NCBI GenBank assembly: GCA_050258175.1 | Contig: JBLMYH010000204.1 | Span: forward strand, 1 to 35,922 | Direction of reading: 5' to 3' | DNA from: Hyphomicrobiaceae bacterium | GTDB lineage: Bacteria > Pseudomonadota > Gammaproteobacteria > Burkholderiales > Thiobacillaceae | Length of the DNA: 35,922 nucleotides | Shown: positions 31,525 through 35,922 of the stretch, one piece after another | Position numbering within the stretch: position 1 is the stretch's first letter | Layout: each line of letters opens with the position of its first letter | Made by a program: the position numbers and the translations under genes | The notes under the pieces: model-generated | What the model was told of the DNA's origin: nothing | What the model saw: only the letters and a program-made list of their open reading frames with translations | The model's database searches: none

Positions 31525-33006
31525 TTAAGGCAGTTTGCTTTGGGCGGCGTGCGCCAACAGGTCGACCACCGACACGTGCATCACATCGGTGAGCGGCTTG
31601 GGATACAGCCCCACGGCCATTACGCAGACCGCCAGCATGCCAAGCATAAGGATCTCGCGCACGTTGACGTCGGACATCTCCTCGACGTGCGGGTTGGTGA
31701 CATTGCCGAACACTACGCGCTTGTACATCCACAACGTATACGCCGCGCCGAAGATCAGCGTGGTGGCGGCGATGAAGGCAAACCAGAAATTGACCTTGGT
31801 CGAGGCCATGATGACCATGAATTCGCCGACGAAGCCGCTGGTGGCCGGCAAGCCCGAATTGGCCATGGCGAACAGCATGAAGAAGGCAGCGAACACCGGC
31901 ATCCTGTTGACCACACCGCCGTAGTCCTTGATCTGGCGCGAGTGCAGACGGTCGTACATGACACCGATGCAGAGGAACAGTGCCGCCGAGACGAAACCGT
32001 GCGAGACCATCTGCACTAGCCCACCTTCGGCACCGAGCGGATTGAACATGAAGAAGCCGAGCGTGACGAAGCCCATGTGCGCGATCGACGAATAGGCAAT
32101 GAGCTTTTTCATGTCGGCCTGCACCAGAGCGACGAGACCGATGTAGGCGACGGCGATCAGCGACAGCATGATGACGAACCAGGCCAATTCATGGCTGGCA
32201 TCCGGGAGGATCGGCAGAATGAAGCGCAGGAAGCCGTAGGCGCCGACCTTCAACGTGATCGCTGCCAGCACCACCGAACCTCCAGTGGGTGCCTCGACGT
32301 GGGCATCGGGCAACCAGGTATGCACCGGCCACATCGGCACCTTGACTCCGAATGCCAGCAGAAATGCGAAGAACATCAGGGTCTGCGCGGTCATTCCCAG
32401 CGTGGTGGTGTGCCAGGTCTGGATGTCGAAGCTGCCGCCGGACTGGAAGTACAGATAGATCATCGACACCAGCATCAGGAATGAGCCGAGCAAGGTGTAG
32501 AGGAAGAACTTGAGCGAGGCGTACACACGGTTCGGCCCGCCCCACACGCCGATGATCAGATAGAGTGGAATCAGCATGCCTTCGAAGAAGACATAGAACA
32601 GGATGCCGTCGAGCGCAGCGAACACGCCGTTGATGAGGCCGGACATGATGAGGAAGGCCGCCATGTACTGCGCTACCTTGTCCTGGACCACCTGCCAGCC
32701 GGCGATCACCACCAGCACGGTGATGAAGCTGTTCAACAGGATCAGCGGCATCGAGATGCCATCGACGCCGAGGTGGTAATGGACGTTGAAGGCCGGTATC
32801 CACGCCGCCCTCTCGACGAACTGCATCGCCGACGTGGTGGTATCGAAGCCGGTGACCAGCGGAATCGCGACGATCAGTCCCAGCAGCGCGCCGGCGAGCG
32901 AGATCCAGCGAGCGAGTGCCGCATTGCGGTCCGAACCGGTGGCAAGCACGGCCACGCCGGCCAGAATCGGAACCCAGATAACGAGGGAAAGCGTGTTGTT
33001 GAGCAT
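31525..33006 (-). CDS. nuoM: NADH-quinone oxidoreductase subunit M
   Basis: LGVDGIS, FYVFFEGMLIPLY, VKVPMWPVHTWLPDAHVEAPTGGS, KKLIAYSSIAHMG, GLPATSGFVGEF. Confidence 0.97.
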   Translation of the reverse strand: MLNNTLSLVIWVPILAGVAVLATGSDRNAALARWISLAGALLGLIVAIPLVTGFDTTTSAMQFVERAAWIPAFNVHYHLGVDGISMPLILLNSFITVLVVIAGWQVVQDKVAQYMAAFLIMSGLINGVFAALDGILFYVFFEGMLIPLYLIIGVWGGPNRVYASLKFFLYTLLGSFLMLVSMIYLYFQSGGSFDIQTWHTTTLGMTAQTLMFFAFLLAFGVKVPMWPVHTWLPDAHVEAPTGGSVVLAAITLKVGAYGFLRFILPILPDASHELAWFVIMLSLIAVAYIGLVALVQADMKKLIAYSSIAHMGFVTLGFFMFNPLGAEGGLVQMVSHGFVSAALFLCIGVMYDRLHSRQIKDYGGVVNRMPVFAAFFMLFAMANSGLPATSGFVGEFMVIMASTKVNFWFAFIAATTLIFGAAYTLWMYKRVVFGNVTNPHVEEMSDVNVREILMLGMLAVCVMAVGLYPKPLTDVMHVSVVDLLAHAAQSKLP

Positions 33007-33009
33007 GGG

Positions 33010-35013
33010 TCAGTACAAGCGCGCAAACCAGGTGACCAGGGCAAACACCCCGATCAGCATGGCAAAGGCGTAGTGGTATATGTAGCCTGACTGGAAGGCC
33101 TTGACCAGGCGCGAGAAGCGTTCGACCACGTGAGCAGAACCGTTGACGAAGAAACCGTCGATCACATTCTGGTCGCCGCGCCGCCAGAGGCCGCCGCCAA
33201 GCGCGCGCGCGCCCTGGGCGAAGAGCCAGCTGTAGAGCTCGTCGAACCAGTACTTGTTAAGCAGCATCTGATGCAGAAACTTGAAGCGCTGCGCGATGGC
33301 AGCCGGGATGTCGGGGCGTTTGAGGTAGAAGAAGGCCGAAAGTGCCACGCCGGCCGCCCCCAGCCAGAACGGCAGCGTCATCAACGCATGCAGTCCCATT
33401 TCCATGGCGCCATGGTATTCCTGGTTCAGCTCGTGCATCGCCGGATGGCGGTCGGCAACGTAGATCGCATTCCCGAAAAAGTCGCCGAACAGCATCGGTT
33501 CGATCGTCATGTAGCCGATCGCCAGCGAGGGCAGCGCCAGCGCCAGCAGGGGCCCGGTCACCACCCACGGGGTTTCGTGCGGCGTTCCACCTTGGCCATG
33601 ATGGCCCGCATGATGCAGGTCGGTCTCGTTGCCGTGGGTGTGCCCCTGATGAAAGCGCTCCTTGCCGTGAAACACCAGAAAATACATGCGGAAGGAATAG
33701 AAGGCCGTGACGAACACGCCTGCCAGCACGGCGAAATAGGCGAAGCCGGAACCCGGCAGGTGCGAAATCTTGGCCGCCTCGATGATGCTTTCCTTGGAAT
33801 AGAAGCCTGACAGGAAAGGCGTTCCAATCAGCGCCAGCGAGCCGATCAGCGAAGTGACCCAGGTGATCGGCATGTACTTCTTCAGCCCGCCCATGTAGCG
33901 GATGTCCTGGTTGTGGTGCATGGCGATGATGACCGAACCGGCGCCGAGGAACAGCAGCGCCTTGAAGAAGGCGTGCGTCATCAGGTGGAATATCGCGACC
34001 GAATAGGCCGAGGCGCCCAGTGCGACCGTCATGTAACCGAGTTGGGACAGGGTCGAATACGCAATCACGCGCTTGATGTCGTTCTGCACCATGCCGAGGA
34101 AGCCCATGAACAGCGCGGTGATCGCGCCGATGACCATGATGAAGCTCAGGGCCGTGTCCGACAGTTCATACAGCGGCGACATGCGCGCGACCATGAAGAT
34201 TCCGGCGGTGACCATCGTCGCCGCATGAATCAGCGCGGAAATTGGCGTCGGGCCTTCCATCGAGTCGGGCAGCCAGACGTGCAGCGGGAACTGCGCCGAT
34301 TTGCCCATCGCGCCGATGAACAGGAGGATGCCGATGACGGTCATCAGGCCCCAGGGGGTGCCGGGCCAAAGCGTGATCGTTTCATGTGCGAGTGCGGGCG
34401 CCTTGGCGAAAACCGTGGCGTAATCGAGCGAGCCGAACTGCGCCAGCACCAGACCGATGCCGAGGATGAAGCCGAAGTCGCCGACGCGGTTGACCAGGAA
34501 GGCCTTGAGGTTGGCGTAGATCGCCGTCTCTTTCGTGTACCAGAAGCCGATCAGCAGGTACGACATCAGTCCCACTGCTTCCCAGCCGAAAAACAGTTGC
34601 AGGAAATTGTTGCTCATCACCAGCATCAGCATCGAGAAGGTGAACAGCGAGATGTAGCTGAAGAATCGCTGGTAGCCGGAATCGTCGTGCATGTAGCCGA
34701 TGGTGTAGACGTGCACCATCAGCGAGATGAAGGTGACGACCAGCATCATCATGGCTGTCAGCGCGTCGACCAGGAAACCCACCTCGAAATGCAGGTCGCC
34801 CAGTGCCATCCAGGTGTAGACGGTGCCGTTGAAGGTATGGCCCGCTAGCACGTCCTGAAACACCAGCACCGAAGCGACGAACGAGACCGCCACGCCGGCG
34901 ATGGTGACGACATGGGCGCCGGTGCGGCCGACCAGCCTGCCGAACAGGCCGGCGACAGTCGCACCCAGCAACGGCGCAAGCGGCACGATGAGATAGAGCA
35001 TCTGCATGTCCAC
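33010..35013 (-). CDS. nuoL: NADH-quinone oxidoreductase subunit L
   Basis: FFGWEAVG, NRVGDFG, GKSAQFPLHVWLPDSMEGPTPISALIHAATMVTAG, FHLMTHAFFKALLFL, QSGYIYHYA. Confidence 0.97.
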   Translation of the reverse strand: MDMQMLYLIVPLAPLLGATVAGLFGRLVGRTGAHVVTIAGVAVSFVASVLVFQDVLAGHTFNGTVYTWMALGDLHFEVGFLVDALTAMMMLVVTFISLMVHVYTIGYMHDDSGYQRFFSYISLFTFSMLMLVMSNNFLQLFFGWEAVGLMSYLLIGFWYTKETAIYANLKAFLVNRVGDFGFILGIGLVLAQFGSLDYATVFAKAPALAHETITLWPGTPWGLMTVIGILLFIGAMGKSAQFPLHVWLPDSMEGPTPISALIHAATMVTAGIFMVARMSPLYELSDTALSFIMVIGAITALFMGFLGMVQNDIKRVIAYSTLSQLGYMTVALGASAYSVAIFHLMTHAFFKALLFLGAGSVIIAMHHNQDIRYMGGLKKYMPITWVTSLIGSLALIGTPFLSGFYSKESIIEAAKISHLPGSGFAYFAVLAGVFVTAFYSFRMYFLVFHGKERFHQGHTHGNETDLHHAGHHGQGGTPHETPWVVTGPLLALALPSLAIGYMTIEPMLFGDFFGNAIYVADRHPAMHELNQEYHGAMEMGLHALMTLPFWLGAAGVALSAFFYLKRPDIPAAIAQRFKFLHQMLLNKYWFDELYSWLFAQGARALGGGLWRRGDQNVIDGFFVNGSAHVVERFSRLVKAFQSGYIYHYAFAMLIGVFALVTWFARLY

Positions 35014-35018
35014 GCGTA

Positions 35019-35324
35019 TCAGCCTTTCAAGTGGTCGAGGTCATCGACGTTGATCGTGTGCAGATTGCGGAACAGCACCACCAGGATCGCGAGGCCGATG
35101 GCGGATTCGGCCGCGGCAACGGTGAGGATGAAGAAGACGAAGATCTGGCCGTGGATGTCGCCGAGGTAATGCGAGAACGCGATGAAATTCATGTTCACCG
35201 CGAGCAGCATCAATTCGATCGCCATCAAAAGAATGATCACGTTCTTGCGGTTGAGAAAGATGCCCAGTACGCTGATGGCGAACAGGATGCCGCCCAGCAC
35301 CAGGTAATGCGATAAGGAAATCAT
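35019..35324 (-). CDS. nuoK: NADH-quinone oxidoreductase subunit K
   Basis: [42 protein letters not shown]. Confidence 0.97.
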   Translation of the reverse strand: MISLSHYLVLGGILFAISVLGIFLNRKNVIILLMAIELMLLAVNMNFIAFSHYLGDIHGQIFVFFILTVAAAESAIGLAILVVLFRNLHTINVDDLDHLKG

Positions 35325-35922
35325 GCGCCGCCCTCCCCTGCCCCGGGCTTCGGGGTCGATTGCATTTTGACGATGCGCAGACGGTCATTGCGTTTGACCT
35401 TCACTTGTTCAGCGGGATCGATGTACTTGCTGTCCTTGCGGCGACGCAGCGTCAGCGCGATGGCGGCAACGATCGCCACCAGCAGGATCACCGCGGCGAG
35501 TTCGAACGCGTAGACGTACTCGGTGTACAGCACCCGCCCGAGCTCCTTGGTATTGCTGTAATCGGCGGCGTGGGGTGCGGGTGCACCCATGACTTCAAGG
35601 CCAAAGTGGCGGCTGCCGAGAATCAGCGCCATCTCGATCACCAGCAGCACGGCGACGAAACCCGCCAGCGGCAGATAATCCCAGAAGCCCTCGCGCAGCT
35701 TTTCCAGGTTGATGTCGAGCATCATCACCACGAACAGGAACAGCACCATGACCGCCCCGACGTAGACCAGCACCAGGGTGATGGCGAGGAATTCGGCTTC
35801 GAGCAGCATCCACAGGCCGGCCGCGGTGAAGAAGGCCAGCACCAGGTACAGGGCCGCGTGTACCGGGTTGCGCGCGGTGATCACGCGCAGCGCCGAGATC
35901 ACGGTGACCGCGGCGAAGATGT
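35321..35922 (-). CDS. nuoJ: NADH-quinone oxidoreductase subunit J (5' end lies beyond the window)
   Basis: [50 protein letters not shown]; the frame stays open to the window edge. Confidence 0.96.
   Translation of the reverse strand, partial: IFAAVTVISALRVITARNPVHAALYLVLAFFTAAGLWMLLEAEFLAITLVLVYVGAVMVLFLFVVMMLDINLEKLREGFWDYLPLAGFVAVLLVIEMALILGSRHFGLEVMGAPAPHAADYSNTKELGRVLYTEYVYAFELAAVILLVAIVAAIALTLRRRKDSKYIDPAEQVKVKRNDRLRIVKMQSTPKPGAGEGGA

Noticed and set aside
33590-33655. His-rich loop in NuoL
   Set aside because: This is a common variable feature of betaproteobacterial NuoL.

Overview
GC-rich chromosomal window, probably from a betaproteobacterium (gene order and protein style suggest a Thiobacillus-like organism; this is inference only). 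It is mostly core genes on the minus strand. In window order: a small hypothetical gene; an orphan MlaF-like ABC ATPase; a TCA cluster (transcribed malic enzyme-sdhCDAB-sdhE-gltA-sucA-sucB); a flagellar export/regulation block (flhB-flhA-flhF-flhG-fliA); an ISC region (trmJ-cysE-iscRSUA-hscBA-DUF3050-like-fdx-iscX); divergent suhB-mutS-AF1514-like-methyltransferase; and the distal nuo operon (nuoJ partial, K, L, M, N, DUF2818-like, S4 protein). I saw no tRNA/rRNA, IS element, integrase or CRISPR array. The unusual points are: (1) a heme-oxygenase-like di-iron (DUF3050-like) gene inside the isc operon between hscA and fdx; (2) an FlhB that ends cleanly just before the NPTH autocleavage site, suggesting a split export switch; (3) a 2-oxoglutarate dehydrogenase whose E2 lacks the E3-binding domain, whose E1 has a shortened N-terminus, and with no adjacent lpdA; (4) three IscR type-1 boxes, two overlapping stop codons, one over a probably leaderless cysE promoter; (5) a P-loop-less FlhG and an MlaF-like ATPase with an H-loop His-to-Tyr change.
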